Both the position numbers and the translations under genes were made by a program. From an uncultured delta proteobacterium (lineage in GTDB: Bacteria > Desulfobacterota > Desulfobacteria > Desulfobacterales > SG8-13): DNA of 64,000 nt. The stretch's first letter is position 1, and every line of letters begins with the position of its first letter. The stretch spans positions 995,507 through 1,059,506 of the forward strand of contig CAWKCK010000017.1 in NCBI GenBank assembly GCA_963848135.1, in the 5' to 3' direction. This document shows positions 18,399 through 29,244 of the stretch, in pieces. The notes beneath the pieces are model-generated. The model made no database searches. It was not told the origin of the DNA and saw only the letters and a program-made list of their open reading frames with translations.

Positions 18399-20078
18399 AT
18401 GGAAGAGAAGAATAGAGAGGAATTCCAACCTGACGATATACCGGAAGCGATTGTCCAGTCCCGCTTCAGGCAATTCTCGATCGTGTGGATCGTTCCATTG
18501 GTTGCTGCCCTTATCGGCGCATGGCTGATATATAAGGCCCAATCGGAAAAGGGCCCGATCATAACCATCACCTTCCAAACCGCCGAGGGCCTCGAGGCCG
18601 GTAAAACCAAAATCAAATACAAGGACGTCGATCTCGGCCAGGTCCAGAAAATCAGTCTCAGCCGAGATCTATCTCAAGTGGTTGTCACCGCCAAACTTCT
18701 TAAGCAGGCCGAAGATCTGGTTTCTGAAAACACGCGCTTCTGGGTTGTACGGGCCCGGGTTAATGTCAGTGGGGTTTCGGGAATTGGCACCCTATTCTCA
18801 GGGGTTTACATCGGCATGGATCCGGGCAAACCCGGCAAACCATCCCGGCATTTCACCGGTCTGGAAGAGCCCCCGATTGTAACTGCTGATCTGCCGGGCC
18901 GCCACTTCGTGCTGAAAGCTGAAAGACGCGGTTCGCTCGACACGGGATCACCGGTCTATTTTCGGCAAATCAGAGTGGGTCAAGTTGTCGGCTATCAGCT
19001 GGCCGAAGATGGTCAGAGCGTAACGATTAAGGTTTTTATCAACAGCCCTTACCACAGATTCGTATACAAAAATTCACGGTTCTGGAACGCCAGCGGCTTG
19101 GACCTTTCGATTGGTACCGAGGGCGTTCAACTCAATACGGAATCAATGGTAACCATGTTGATTGGCGGCATATCCTTTGACGTTCCCAGTTACCTTGAAA
19201 CCGAAGGTCCGGCTGCAGCGGATCAGGTATTCAACCTCTATGAAAATTATACCGCCAGCCAGGAGAAAACGTACCTGGCGAAGAATTACTGGGTGCTCTA
19301 TTTCGCAGGATCCGTAAGAGGTCTTTCACCGGGTGCGCCGGTAGAATTCAGAGGCATTAGGATCGGCAAAGTGGTTGACATCACGCTCGAGTTCGATGCC
19401 AAAGGAAAGGATTTTCGCATACCGATTCTGGTGGAAATGGAAGCGGAGCGATTTATCCCCTCCACAGAATTGCCCCGGGAAGAGGAGCGCCGGACGATCC
19501 TCGATTTTCTGGTGGAAAAAGGCCTGCGGGCTCAGCTTAAGATCGGCAACCTGATCACCGGGCAGCAATTGGTTTCGTTTGACATCTTCCCCAAGGCCTC
19601 ACCCCGGCAGATTCACTGGAATGACCCCTATCCGGAATTTCCCACTGTGCCAGCACCGATTGAGGAAATAAGCAGCCAGGTAAGCCGCATCCTTACCAAA
19701 TTGGACAAGTTGCCCTTGGAGCAGATCGGCAATGACCTTCGCGACACCGTCAAGAGCACTAAGGAACTGATGGGCGGCCCTGAATTACATGAAGCCGCTC
19801 GCAATCTGAACGGGATCCTAATGGAAATGCAGCAACTGATCGGTGATTTGAGAACGGGAGTAACTCCGGACATTGCGGCCACCCTGTCGCAGGCAAAACG
19901 ATCCCTCGCCGCCGTCGAAACGATTCTGAACGAAGACGCTCCTTTGCAGGTCAATATCAATAATGCTTTAGTGGAGCTTACTGCCGCGGCCCGGTCACTG
20001 CGCGCCCTGACCGATTACCTCGAGCGCCATCCGGAGGCACTTATCTATGGCAAGAAAAAAGATAAGTCGATTCAATGA
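18399..20078 (+). CDS. pqiB: MCE-domain intermembrane transport protein PqiB
   Basis: IVWIVPLVA anchor, three MCE repeats, C-terminal LERHPEALIYG. Confidence 0.9.
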   Translation: MEEKNREEFQPDDIPEAIVQSRFRQFSIVWIVPLVAALIGAWLIYKAQSEKGPIITITFQTAEGLEAGKTKIKYKDVDLGQVQKISLSRDLSQVVVTAKLLKQAEDLVSENTRFWVVRARVNVSGVSGIGTLFSGVYIGMDPGKPGKPSRHFTGLEEPPIVTADLPGRHFVLKAERRGSLDTGSPVYFRQIRVGQVVGYQLAEDGQSVTIKVFINSPYHRFVYKNSRFWNASGLDLSIGTEGVQLNTESMVTMLIGGISFDVPSYLETEGPAAADQVFNLYENYTASQEKTYLAKNYWVLYFAGSVRGLSPGAPVEFRGIRIGKVVDITLEFDAKGKDFRIPILVEMEAERFIPSTELPREEERRTILDFLVEKGLRAQLKIGNLITGQQLVSFDIFPKASPRQIHWNDPYPEFPTVPAPIEEISSQVSRILTKLDKLPLEQIGNDLRDTVKSTKELMGGPELHEAARNLNGILMEMQQLIGDLRTGVTPDIAATLSQAKRSLAAVETILNEDAPLQVNINNALVELTAAARSLRALTDYLERHPEALIYGKKKDKSIQ

Positions 20079-20116
20079 CCTCCGCTAAAGCCGGAGGAAT
20101 GGCTTGTGAACCGCTC
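20076..20116. repeat. IS200/IS605-end-like hairpin remnant
   Basis: CCTCCGCTAAAGCCGGAGG hairpin then AATGGCTTGTGAACCGCTCA; degenerate relative at ~24380-24426. Confidence 0.5.
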
Positions 20117-20214
20117 ACTATAGGTGATAATAATCTTCGTCTGGACGTTGTGTTCTTCTGGGGCAGCCAAACTTTGGAAGTTTCCCGGTAAAGCTGGGGA
20201 TTTAGCGATGGTTA

Positions 20215-22067
20215 TTAGAAATGCCGGGCATTAATGACAAGATGACACAATATGCTCAGCCCATAACCCAAGGCAATGGCCGGCGTCCATTTCAGATGGG
20301 CACCGAAGGTGTATATACCCCATGCCGTGCCGAGTAACCCCACTCCGGCGGCCGAACCGATGGCCAGTAAGCAACCACCGACGCCGGCGGTTAATGTGAC
20401 TAGAAGCCATTGTCCATGCGACATGCTGGGGTCCATGGTCAGCACGGCAAACATGACCGGAATGTTGTCGCCAATCGCAGAAAGCACGCCGACAGCCGTG
20501 TTGGCTGCCGTCGGACCCAGGTCGACATACATGTAATTGGATACCAACGCCAGGTAGCCGAACTGCGAAATACCACCGACGCACAAAATCACGCCGTAAA
20601 AAAACAGCAAGGTATCCCACTCCGCGCGGGCGATCCGTTTCATCAGATCGAAATGTGAGGTCCTGCGTTTCATATTCGTATAATCGTGCAGCGTTTCCAC
20701 AACCCCGATCACCTTTCCCTGGTCATCTTTGACCGGTGCCGCGGCAATGGAGAGCCATTTGCCTTTCTTTCCGACAGTGGGGAAAAAGGCGGCGGTTTCG
20801 TATGCGTGTTCGATAGAATGAACCTGTTTGTGGTGGCCGCCGTAGTGCCGACCGATTTCTTCCTTGGGAAAGTTTTCCAGCACCAGATCGGCCAAAATAA
20901 GCCTTTCCTTTTCATAGAAGGGATACCAGTGACGACGTGTGCCGATGACCTCGCCGGCCGGTACGCCGCTGAGCTTCTCCATGGCCGGGTTCCAATACGT
21001 GACAATGTGATCGTTATCGATCATAAAGGTGGGTTCGGAATACTCCCGGATGAATTCCGACAGGTTGCTGCGCCTCTGGATCAACGCCTCCAGGGGGTGA
21101 AGCGTTTCATGCGGGCGTTGGCCGAGGATGCTGTCATACCTGTCTTCACGACCCTCGCGTATCTTGATGTAATAGGAAAACACACCAAGGTACCCCAACC
21201 CCAGCATCATTCCTGCCGCTGGCGGCAGGTGAAGGAAATTGTGGAATGACACCGCGGTGGCAATTGTCAACAGAAACAGGCCAATCATCCGGTGGGCACC
21301 CAGTTTCATGGTGGCAGCTTCCTCATTATTTTTAACCTTCGGCACTTTTTTCTCTATCGCCAGGCTCATGAGGACGGCAGGTACCAACCAGTTAACGAGT
21401 GAGGAAATATATCGAAAAATTCGAGGAACGACACCTTACCCTTCTGCCACACCATGAGGGTGGTAATATCACCGAACGGTGAAAAGGCACCGCCGGCATT
21501 GGCGGCGACAACGATGTTAATGCAGGCCAGTGTAACGAACTTCTTGTTGTCGCCACCGACAGCCATGACCGCGGCACCCATGAGCAGTGCGGTCGTCAGA
21601 TTGTCTGCTATCGGGGATATGAAAAATGCCAGCAAACCGGTGATCCAGAAGATCCTTCGCAGGGAATAGCCTTTGGAAACGAGGTATGACCTCAGGGCCT
21701 GAAAGACGTTCCTTTCTTCGAGGGCGTTGATATAGGTCATGGCCACCAGCAGGAAAAGAAAAAGCTCGGCGTATTCGAGCAGACTGTGCCTGATCGCCTC
21801 GTGAGGTGTGTGCGTATCACCCACGGACGCATAACCGAGCGCCACCAAAACCCAGATGATCCCTGCGGCCAGTAAGACCGGTTTGCTTTTGCGCAGATGG
21901 ATTTTGTTTTCGAGCGGAACCAGGGCGTAGGCGCAGACGAACAGCAGCAGTCCTACGATGCCTTAACCACTGGCGGTGAAATCGATGACGGTGGCAGTTC
22001 CAGATTCAGACGCCAGTGATAATGCCGGCACGAATATCAAGATTACAAAAAGCAGGCAGGATTTCAT
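20215..22067 (-). pseudogene. nhaD: NhaD-type Na+/H+ antiporter with inserted PAS domain; premature stop and frameshift
   Basis: HLRKSKP, ADNLTTAL, AGGAFSPFGDITTLMVWQ, EWDTLLFFYG, DNIPVMFA; TAA at 21963-21965; frameshift near 21400. Confidence 0.85.
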
Positions 22068-22073
22068 CTTACG

Positions 22074-22805
22074 TTATTTTTTCCTCCTTAGTATGAAGGA
22101 TGTCGCTTTTTCGAAAGTACGGTTTTTCTGAGCCCCCAGGATAGTGCCGATGGCCGTTTCAATAGCAGCATCCAGGTCGAGACGCGCAGTATTTATGATA
22201 AGGTCATAGTGTTTCCAGTCAGCGATATCTTCACGAAAGCTGTCCTTGATAAAAGCCTTTCGTTTGGAGTTACGGTGTCTAATCCTCTTTCTCGCTTCAA
22301 CCAGAGACACGCCGAAATGAAAGGCCACATTTTTCTCGCGCACCTCTTCTGGAGCGACAACGCGAATGGCGAAGCGTTTATCAACAGGAAGGATAAAATT
22401 GGCACCGCGCCCCACGATCACGGCCCGACCGATCATTCCCAGAGCATTGACAACCTTGGTAAGATGATGGAAATAGTCGCCGGAATAAACATATTCGCCG
22501 GTGAGTAATGAGGAAACGAAATCCTGTAATTTAGAAAACCGTTCTTTTTCGATTAAATCGAGGGCATTGCTACTGACATCGGCGCTGTGGGAGACCGCAT
22601 TGAGAATGTTTTTCGAATACAACTCGAAACCCAGCCTTTTGGCCAGCCCTTCTGCGATGAGATACCCACCGCTGCCGGCTTCCATGCTGAGGGTGATCAC
22701 CGGCACGGAGATCTTTTTTCCCAAGTCTTCTTCCGTCAGGCGATTATCAAACTTGGCCCGCTGTTCGGCCACGAATTTTTCTACAGTCATGCTTGATGAG
22801 CCCAT
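22074..22805 (-). CDS. Cytidylate kinase-like family protein
   Basis: VITLSMEAGSGG, VIVGRGANFIL, YDLIINT; GAAAGGAG RBS before ATG 22805. Confidence 0.85.
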   Translation of the reverse strand: MGSSSMTVEKFVAEQRAKFDNRLTEEDLGKKISVPVITLSMEAGSGGYLIAEGLAKRLGFELYSKNILNAVSHSADVSSNALDLIEKERFSKLQDFVSSLLTGEYVYSGDYFHHLTKVVNALGMIGRAVIVGRGANFILPVDKRFAIRVVAPEEVREKNVAFHFGVSLVEARKRIRHRNSKRKAFIKDSFREDIADWKHYDLIINTARLDLDAAIETAIGTILGAQKNRTFEKATSFILRRKK

Positions 22806-23000
22806 TTTAACTCCTTTCAAGAATTTATTATATAATTCTGGGTCGTGGATTTACTGGTGCTCGGCCTCGAATAGCGCGAATTAAATATCCGCATATCATC
22901 GGGTCACCTTTTGAAAGATTCACGAGGCGTTGGAGTAATGAGGTAGAATATTTACGTGCTTCGTGAGTAAGCTAAAGGATATTTTAGATTATCTCAGGGG

Positions 23001-23264
23001 TCGGGGAGTTTTTCCCGCAAATGCTGAACCAGAGCGGAGGGAGTGATCAGCAGCGAAAGCGTGCACTGTCCGAATGCATTAGGCAACTTTGGGAAAGAAC
23101 AGCGGGAACCCCGATTATCAGATTCGGATCACAACAAGTGAACTAAGCTCAACAGTTTTATATAATTATGAAATCTTCTCTTTCCTTAGGTTGCCTTACG
23201 CATGAGTTTGCGCGCTGAAGTCGCTGAGTATTTCATCCGCTACCGGATAGTGAAAACTCCCCGA
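23001..23264 (+). other. Long imperfect inverted repeat; candidate rod-like ncRNA
   Basis: Four nested stems: 23001-14/23252-64, 23033-51/23223-41, 23058-65/23209-16, 23074-98/23179-203. Confidence 0.6.
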
Positions 23265-23612
23265 GGGCTCAATTATCTATTTGTTTTATATTGGTTTCTC
23301 GGATATTCTCCTACGAACCCTTCGCCATGGGCCGTCCGATTATTGGCAAGTTAATCATGTCACTCTCCTAAAAAACACCCCACCACCATTCAAAATTTAG
23401 TGAATTCCGATATTCGACGGCTATAGTGATTGTCAAAAGAACGTTCCGTTATTCGAACTTTTTTTGACAACCACTTATACCATCCTATCGAATTTCGAAA
23501 TATATTTTTGAAAAGCAGTATAAAGGCGCGCAAACTATTCCCAATCGGGAGGTATGTCAACCAGAATCGAGCAACTGAATCACTTTATTAGAATCGTACA
23601 TGGGGATAGGCT

Positions 23613-24188
23613 TCAGGATTGGACCAATTTCAAGAAATATCGATGCAGGCGCGGATCAGCCGTCAATTCTGGATGAAACGCGGTTGCCAGGTGCTTCTGC
23701 TGTCGGACAGCAACGGCGGTTTGAGTATCCAGCCGGGCAATGACGTTGGCCTCACCCCATGTCTCGATAACCTTGGGCGCACGGATAAAAACAGCTGGAA
23801 AAGGGTCACATGTGTCGTCGCCAAGACCGTCCACCGTCACGCCGATTTCAAAGCTGTCGACCTGGCGGCCGAACGCATTACGAGACACAGCCATGTCCAT
23901 AATTCCTAACCGTGGCTGATCGCCGTCGATACGTTTGGCCATCAGGATCATCCCGGCACAGATCCCCCACACCGCTTTGCTTTCGGCAAAGCGGCGTAGC
24001 GGTGCCACAAGGTCATAAAGCACTGCCAGTTTGCCGATCGTCGTACTTTCCCCGCCGGGAATGACCAGGCCATCGAGCCCCCCAAGATCTTTGCCAAGCC
24101 TCACCTCGATCACTTCAGCACCAAGCCGCGTCATAATATCGATGTGTTCTTTAAAGGCCCCCTGGAGAGCCAATACGCCGATTTTCAT
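23613..24188 (-). CDS. pdxT: Pyridoxal 5'-phosphate synthase glutaminase subunit
   Basis: GVLALQGAF, PGGESTT, GICAG, RNAFGRQVDSFE, FHPEL. Confidence 0.97.
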   Translation of the reverse strand: MKIGVLALQGAFKEHIDIMTRLGAEVIEVRLGKDLGGLDGLVIPGGESTTIGKLAVLYDLVAPLRRFAESKAVWGICAGMILMAKRIDGDQPRLGIMDMAVSRNAFGRQVDSFEIGVTVDGLGDDTCDPFPAVFIRAPKVIETWGEANVIARLDTQTAVAVRQQKHLATAFHPELTADPRLHRYFLKLVQS

Positions 24189-24198
24189 TGATACTCCC

Positions 24199-24371
24199 TT
24201 AACAGGCTATTGAAAAACGTCAAAAGCGCCGGCAAGACAAGGCAAAATCCGACGAAAAAGCGGAGTTTATGTATGATAAATGAGCATTTTCGCTGAAGCG
24301 GGGGTAGGGCCCCCCGGTTCAGCCATTAACGCCGTATTGTCAAGCGCAATCGTTTTTCAACTGCCTGTTAA
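24199..24371 (+). mobile_element. Complete MITE (family A), 173 bp, between pdxS and pdxT
   Basis: Terminal inverted repeats TTAACAGGCTATTGAAAAAC / GTTTTTCAACTGCCTGTTAA; partial second copy at 852-910. Confidence 0.8.
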
Positions 24372-24431
24372 TGCAATAAACTTTCACCAAAGCCGGAAGA
24401 ATGGATAACGAATCGCTCAAAGCGGTAAAAG

Positions 24432-25340
24432 TTACCAACCGCGCCCGGCGAGAAGTTCATTTTCGGGTATGTCACGAACGCTGATTCCCGACATCGGTTT
24501 TCCAAGGTTTTCACTCACCCGGGCAAGGATCTCCGGGTTGTCAAAATGGGTTGTGGCTTCGACAATCGCCTTGGCGCGTTCTGCCGGATTGTCGCTTTTA
24601 AAAATACCGGAGCCGACAAACACCCCGTCCAAGCCCAATTGCATCATCATCGCCGCATCGGCCGGTGTCGCAAGTCCACCGGCAGCAAAATTAACGACCG
24701 GCAGCCGGCCCAGTTCCCGGGTCTGCTTCACCAGGTCATAAGGCGCCCCAATGGTTTTGGCATACGCCATTAATTCCTCTTCAGGCAACTGGTGGAGTTG
24801 CCTGATTTCACTCATGAGGGTTCGAGCGTGTTTTACAGCTTCCACCACGTCACCGGTGCCGGCCTCACCTTTGGTTCGTATCATGGCCGCCCCTTCCCCG
24901 ATGCGACGCAGGGCCTCGCCCAGGCCCCGACATCCACAAACAAATGGGACCGTAAACACATGTTTATCGATGTGAAAGCGATCATCCGCCGGGGTGAGCA
25001 CCTCGCTCTCATCAACGTAATCCACACCAATGCTTTGCAACACCTGGGCTTCGACGAAATGCCCGATTCGACATTTTGCCATCACCGGAATACTGACCGC
25101 GGCCATGATTTCGCGAATCATACCCGGATCTGACATGCGGGCCACCCCTCCGGTACGGCGGATATCCGCCGGTACCCGTTCCAGTGCCATCACAGCCACC
25201 GCACCGGCCGTCTCGGCGATAATGGCATGCTCGGGGGATACGACATCCATGATGACCCCCCCTTTAAGCATCTTTGCCATACCGCTCTTTACAGTGAATC
25301 CTCCGGTTTCTCTTAAACCACTATTTTGGATCTCTTCCAT
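24432..25340 (-). CDS. pdxS: Pyridoxal 5'-phosphate synthase lyase subunit
   Basis: [31 protein letters not shown]-terminal RGW; AGGAGG RBS before ATG 25340. Confidence 0.97.
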   Translation of the reverse strand: MEEIQNSGLRETGGFTVKSGMAKMLKGGVIMDVVSPEHAIIAETAGAVAVMALERVPADIRRTGGVARMSDPGMIREIMAAVSIPVMAKCRIGHFVEAQVLQSIGVDYVDESEVLTPADDRFHIDKHVFTVPFVCGCRGLGEALRRIGEGAAMIRTKGEAGTGDVVEAVKHARTLMSEIRQLHQLPEEELMAYAKTIGAPYDLVKQTRELGRLPVVNFAAGGLATPADAAMMMQLGLDGVFVGSGIFKSDNPAERAKAIVEATTHFDNPEILARVSENLGKPMSGISVRDIPENELLAGRGW

Positions 25341-25456
25341 TTTAACGCCCCTCCTTCCGGGCGGCCGCTTCTCGAAAGCCCGATCAATGCCCTGGACCGC
25401 CACTATATTTACGTTCTTGGATCATTTGTAGATTAATACGCCAGGAAATGGTATTA

Positions 25457-25498
25457 AAACAGATACAGAATTCTATAAATTTTATCATAACAGATGGC
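25457..25498. promoter_or_regulatory. Probable MocR/PdxR operator (AACAGAT direct repeat)
   Basis: AAACAGATACAG and TAACAGATGG between the divergent pdxS and regulator genes. Confidence 0.45.
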
Positions 25499-25534
25499 GT
25501 GAGTATCAACCCGGAACCAAAGGAGAGCGATTAC

Positions 25535-26968
25535 TTGAAACCGTCGGGAAAGGAATTTCGTTACCGCCAATTGGCCAAGGAAATCGAACGGGAAATCCTC
25601 AGTGGGAACTACCTGGCAGGGGCGCGGCTTCCGTCTATCCGCCGACTTCACCGCCGCACCAACCTGAGCATCTCGACAATTTACCAGGCATTCGTGGAAC
25701 TCGAAAAAATGGGGTTGGTGGAGGCCAGACCCCGGTCCGGATATTTCGTCAGCCCTGTGACTCTAAAGCAGATTAAAGCGCCGTTTCATCGCAAACGCTC
25801 AATACCACCCCGGGAAATCCAGCTGTCATCGGTCATCAATTCTGTGGTCACTGCGATCAACGATACCACTCTTCTGCCGCTGGGAATGACGGTCATCGAT
25901 GCCGAAATGCTACCGTTTAAAGCCTTGTCTCGAATTTTAAAGGCGACAACACAGCGACAACTGAAGGACCTTTTGTCCTATGCGCTATCGGAAGGATCAT
26001 TGGAATTGAAACAACGGATGGCCCATCGTTACCTGGGGGTCGTCGAAGGAATCACCGAGGAGGATATCATCATCACCAACGGCTGCATGGAAGCGGTAGC
26101 CCTCTGCCTTCTGGCGACTGTGACGCCCGGGGGTACAGTGGCCGTCGAAGCCCCGACCAATTTCACATTCCTGCAAATGTTAAAGGAACTCGGCCTGATG
26201 GTAGCCGAAGTACCAACCGACCCACAGACGGGATTGGAAATTCAGGCTCTTGAGCGCTTGATTCACCGCACACGAATAGATGCCTGCCTTTTCATGCCCA
26301 ACTTTCACAACCCCCTGGGGGCGTTGATGCCGGACCTCCATAAAAAATCGCTCGTGCGACTATTAAACGGCCATGGGATTCCCTTAATCGAAGACGACAT
26401 CAGCGCCGAACTCCATTTTGGTCATCAGCGCCCTTTACCCCTTAAGGCATATGACCGCAACAATCTCGTCCTGACGTGCTCTTCTTTTTCCAAAACTCTG
26501 GCCCCGGGATTGCGGATTGGTTGGGTATTGCCCGGCAGCCGTTTCCGGGAAAAGATCCAGAATCTGAAAGCCGGAACCACCGTATCCACATCTTCCCTTG
26601 ATCAGCATGTCATCGCTCAGTTCATCGGAACCGGCAGCTACGAGAGGCACCTGCGCCGGCTGCGGGCGGCTCTGGGGCAGAATATGATTCGGACCGCAAT
26701 GGCGGTTCAGAAGCATTTCCCGGATGACACCCGGTTATCGGTACCGGAGGGAGGGTCTCTCCTGTGGGTGCAGTTGCCGCCGGGTATGGACGGACTGGAC
26801 GTCCACCAGAAAGCCCTTATGCGTCATATCGCAGTCATACCGGGAGTGGTGTGCTCCAATTCCGGACTTTTCAGGAATCACATCCAGATTAGCTTCGGAA
26901 TGCCTTTTACTCCGACTGTAGAGGAAGGAATCGTAACTTTAGGAAAAATGCTAACCGAGATGCGCTGA
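25535..26968 (+). CDS. MocR/GabR-family PLP-dependent GntR regulator (PdxR-like)
   Basis: GARLPSIR winged HTH, SFSKTLAPGLRIGW PLP-lysine motif; AAGGAG plus TTG 25535; divergent from pdxST. Confidence 0.9.
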   Translation: MKPSGKEFRYRQLAKEIEREILSGNYLAGARLPSIRRLHRRTNLSISTIYQAFVELEKMGLVEARPRSGYFVSPVTLKQIKAPFHRKRSIPPREIQLSSVINSVVTAINDTTLLPLGMTVIDAEMLPFKALSRILKATTQRQLKDLLSYALSEGSLELKQRMAHRYLGVVEGITEEDIIITNGCMEAVALCLLATVTPGGTVAVEAPTNFTFLQMLKELGLMVAEVPTDPQTGLEIQALERLIHRTRIDACLFMPNFHNPLGALMPDLHKKSLVRLLNGHGIPLIEDDISAELHFGHQRPLPLKAYDRNNLVLTCSSFSKTLAPGLRIGWVLPGSRFREKIQNLKAGTTVSTSSLDQHVIAQFIGTGSYERHLRRLRAALGQNMIRTAMAVQKHFPDDTRLSVPEGGSLLWVQLPPGMDGLDVHQKALMRHIAVIPGVVCSNSGLFRNHIQISFGMPFTPTVEEGIVTLGKMLTEMR

Positions 26969-27338
26969 TAGAATTGGCCAATCCCAAGTTTCTCTCGAAT
27001 TAGAAAAGATTTGCTTCAGGGTACGGAAGGCAAAACTTATTAAATGATGAAATTTTATATTTTTGTTATTTTGCAATATTTGAATTGATCAAACCTATCA
27101 AATCGCAGAATGTTGGTGATTGGCAAATCATAGCTTCATCTGCGATGCAATTCCTGGCGGTTGGTTTACTGGCAAGAAAACATTAGCCGGATACAACTCA
27201 CAGTACTGATATGATATCACTACCCTCACGGAATTCCTCCCGACCACAATATGCTGCAGTACCCTGAATCAAACCTCATTCAAGCTATTGGCAAGCAGCA
27301 CAATAACCAATATTGTCGCTCCGAATATACCTTTTGAC

Positions 27339-28733
27339 TCAGGATTTATACTCCTTTTTATCTAAACCGTGTTTGATTGCCAGCCTGCTAAATTGCCTTG
27401 TTGTGATTTTGGCTTCTTTGGCTGAGGTTTTGATTTTTCCATTGTGTTTTTTCAACAGTTTGGCAAGGTATGTACGTTCAAATTCATCGATGGCAATTTG
27501 TCTGGCCTCTGAGAGAGGCAGATCCTTTGCGCAATCAATCACCTCCATGCATAGCGAGCCAATGACCAATGTCTCTGGAAAACTCTCTTGTTTAAGTGTG
27601 TCGCCAGATCCAAGAATACAAGCCCGTTCCAATACGTTCTCCAGTTCCCTTACATTTCCGGGCCAACTATAAGATTGCAGCGCCTCAAAAAGTCCATGTT
27701 GCAGCCTGTCAAAATTTTTTCCATATTTCTTATTCAACTTTCCTAAACATCGATTGATCAAATGGGGTAGGTCTTCCAAGCGCTTTCTCAGTGGAGGTAG
27801 TTCTATCGGAAATACATTCAATCGGTAGTACAGGTCATTTCGGAAATTGCCTGACGCCACCAATTGTTGCAAATCAATGTTGGTTGCGGCGATGATCCGG
27901 GTGTTGGTTTGTAGTTGTTCCGTGCCCCCAATGCGGTCGAAGGTACCATCCTGCAATACGTGTAACAATTTGACTTGCATGGCCGGACTGATTGTCCCAA
28001 TTTCGTCGAGGAAAAGCGTACCGTTATGTGCCGTCTCGAATTTACCTATTTTTCTGCGTTCAGCACCGGTAAAAGCTCCCTTTTCATGGCCAAATAATTC
28101 GCTTTCTACAAGCGTTTCAGGAATGGCACCGCAATGGACCGAGACAAATGGTCCTTCCGATCGATGGCTGTGTCGGTGAATCAACTTTGCCATCAATCCT
28201 TTGCCGGTTCCTGTTTCACCTAAAAGCAGGACCGTGGCTATGGTAGGGGCAACACTGCGAACTTGCCGCAAAATGTATAACATATTAAGATTATTTGTAT
28301 GGACGATGTCCAGCCATTCCGATTTCCAGAATTTATCCCGCAAATATTCTAATTCCAGTTTATTAGACAGCCTTTGTCGGACAGCCTCAAGAACCAAATC
28401 GATCTCATCCCCAACGATTGGGTATATGAGATGATCGTCGGCTCCCTGCCTAACGGCTTTAATAGCTCTCCTGACCATATTTTTTGGGGATAGTACAACC
28501 AACTGCACCTGTGGATTGAGACTTCTGAAATGATTGGTGATTTTTTTAAAAAAGTCTGAAAAATTTTCACTTTTCAGGGTGACATCGAGAAAGACTATAT
28601 CAAAGGGGTTGTCAGGAGGATCGACAGCGGTAGAAGGATCAGGAGCAATGCGCACGTTAGCCGTTTCACTGACCTTGGTTTTAATTAGTTCACAGACATC
28701 GACGTCATTGCAGAAAATCAGAACATCTTTCAT
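27339..28733 (-). CDS. Sigma-54-dependent NtrC-family activator with atypical receiver domain
   Basis: GETGTGK, ESELFGHEKGAFTGA, LFLDEIG, WPGNVREL. Confidence 0.92.
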   Translation of the reverse strand: MKDVLIFCNDVDVCELIKTKVSETANVRIAPDPSTAVDPPDNPFDIVFLDVTLKSENFSDFFKKITNHFRSLNPQVQLVVLSPKNMVRRAIKAVRQGADDHLIYPIVGDEIDLVLEAVRQRLSNKLELEYLRDKFWKSEWLDIVHTNNLNMLYILRQVRSVAPTIATVLLLGETGTGKGLMAKLIHRHSHRSEGPFVSVHCGAIPETLVESELFGHEKGAFTGAERRKIGKFETAHNGTLFLDEIGTISPAMQVKLLHVLQDGTFDRIGGTEQLQTNTRIIAATNIDLQQLVASGNFRNDLYYRLNVFPIELPPLRKRLEDLPHLINRCLGKLNKKYGKNFDRLQHGLFEALQSYSWPGNVRELENVLERACILGSGDTLKQESFPETLVIGSLCMEVIDCAKDLPLSEARQIAIDEFERTYLAKLLKKHNGKIKTSAKEAKITTRQFSRLAIKHGLDKKEYKS

Positions 28734-28893
28734 TTTTTAAACCGTATTATTGATTCACATGGATATTTTTGCAGCGTTGAGTATTAAACTATTAATCTCC
28801 ATTACTTAAGTCCAAGTACCTCAAAATTAATGATTTATCAATAAATTCATTTGGAAAATGAGAAGGATGATTTAACGAGGAAGGAAGTATTTG

Positions 28894-29172
28894 CTAAGGA
28901 TATATTTTATCTGCATTGCTTATCGAATCTGAACAATCGAATCGAAAACCTTTAACATAAATAATTATCCCATTTGTTGTATTTTCAATTATACCATCTA
29001 CAATAACCTTCTTATGAACAATTTGTCTCAATCTTATACCCATAAGATCATCGGCGATCCGATACCTCCTTTCATCATATCCAGCTATTTCCACCGCAGA
29101 TACTTCGCCATTTTTCCCCCAGTCAGCAGCAATGACAATGCCTTTTAAAGTGATTGGAGTTTGTTTTTCCAT
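28894..29172 (-). CDS. Small hypothetical protein (possibly OB-fold-like)
   Basis: GIVIAADWGKNGEV...V.G pattern; downstream of a sigma-54 promoter, upstream of the activator. Confidence 0.65.
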   Translation of the reverse strand: MEKQTPITLKGIVIAADWGKNGEVSAVEIAGYDERRYRIADDLMGIRLRQIVHKKVIVDGIIENTTNGIIIYVKGFRFDCSDSISNADKIYP

Positions 29173-29228
29173 CAAGTCACACCAATTGGTTTGGTAAAAG
29201 GATTACACCCCATAAAACCCAACCTTTC

Positions 29229-29244
29229 AGCAAACATCATGCCC
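29229..29244 (-). promoter_or_regulatory. Sigma-54 -24/-12 promoter
   Basis: GGGCATGATGTTTGCT on the minus strand. Confidence 0.65.

Noticed and set aside
23001..23264. 6S RNA or integron attC site
   Set aside because: Longer than expected for either, no zapA context, no RYYYAAC/GTTRRRY ends and no integrase
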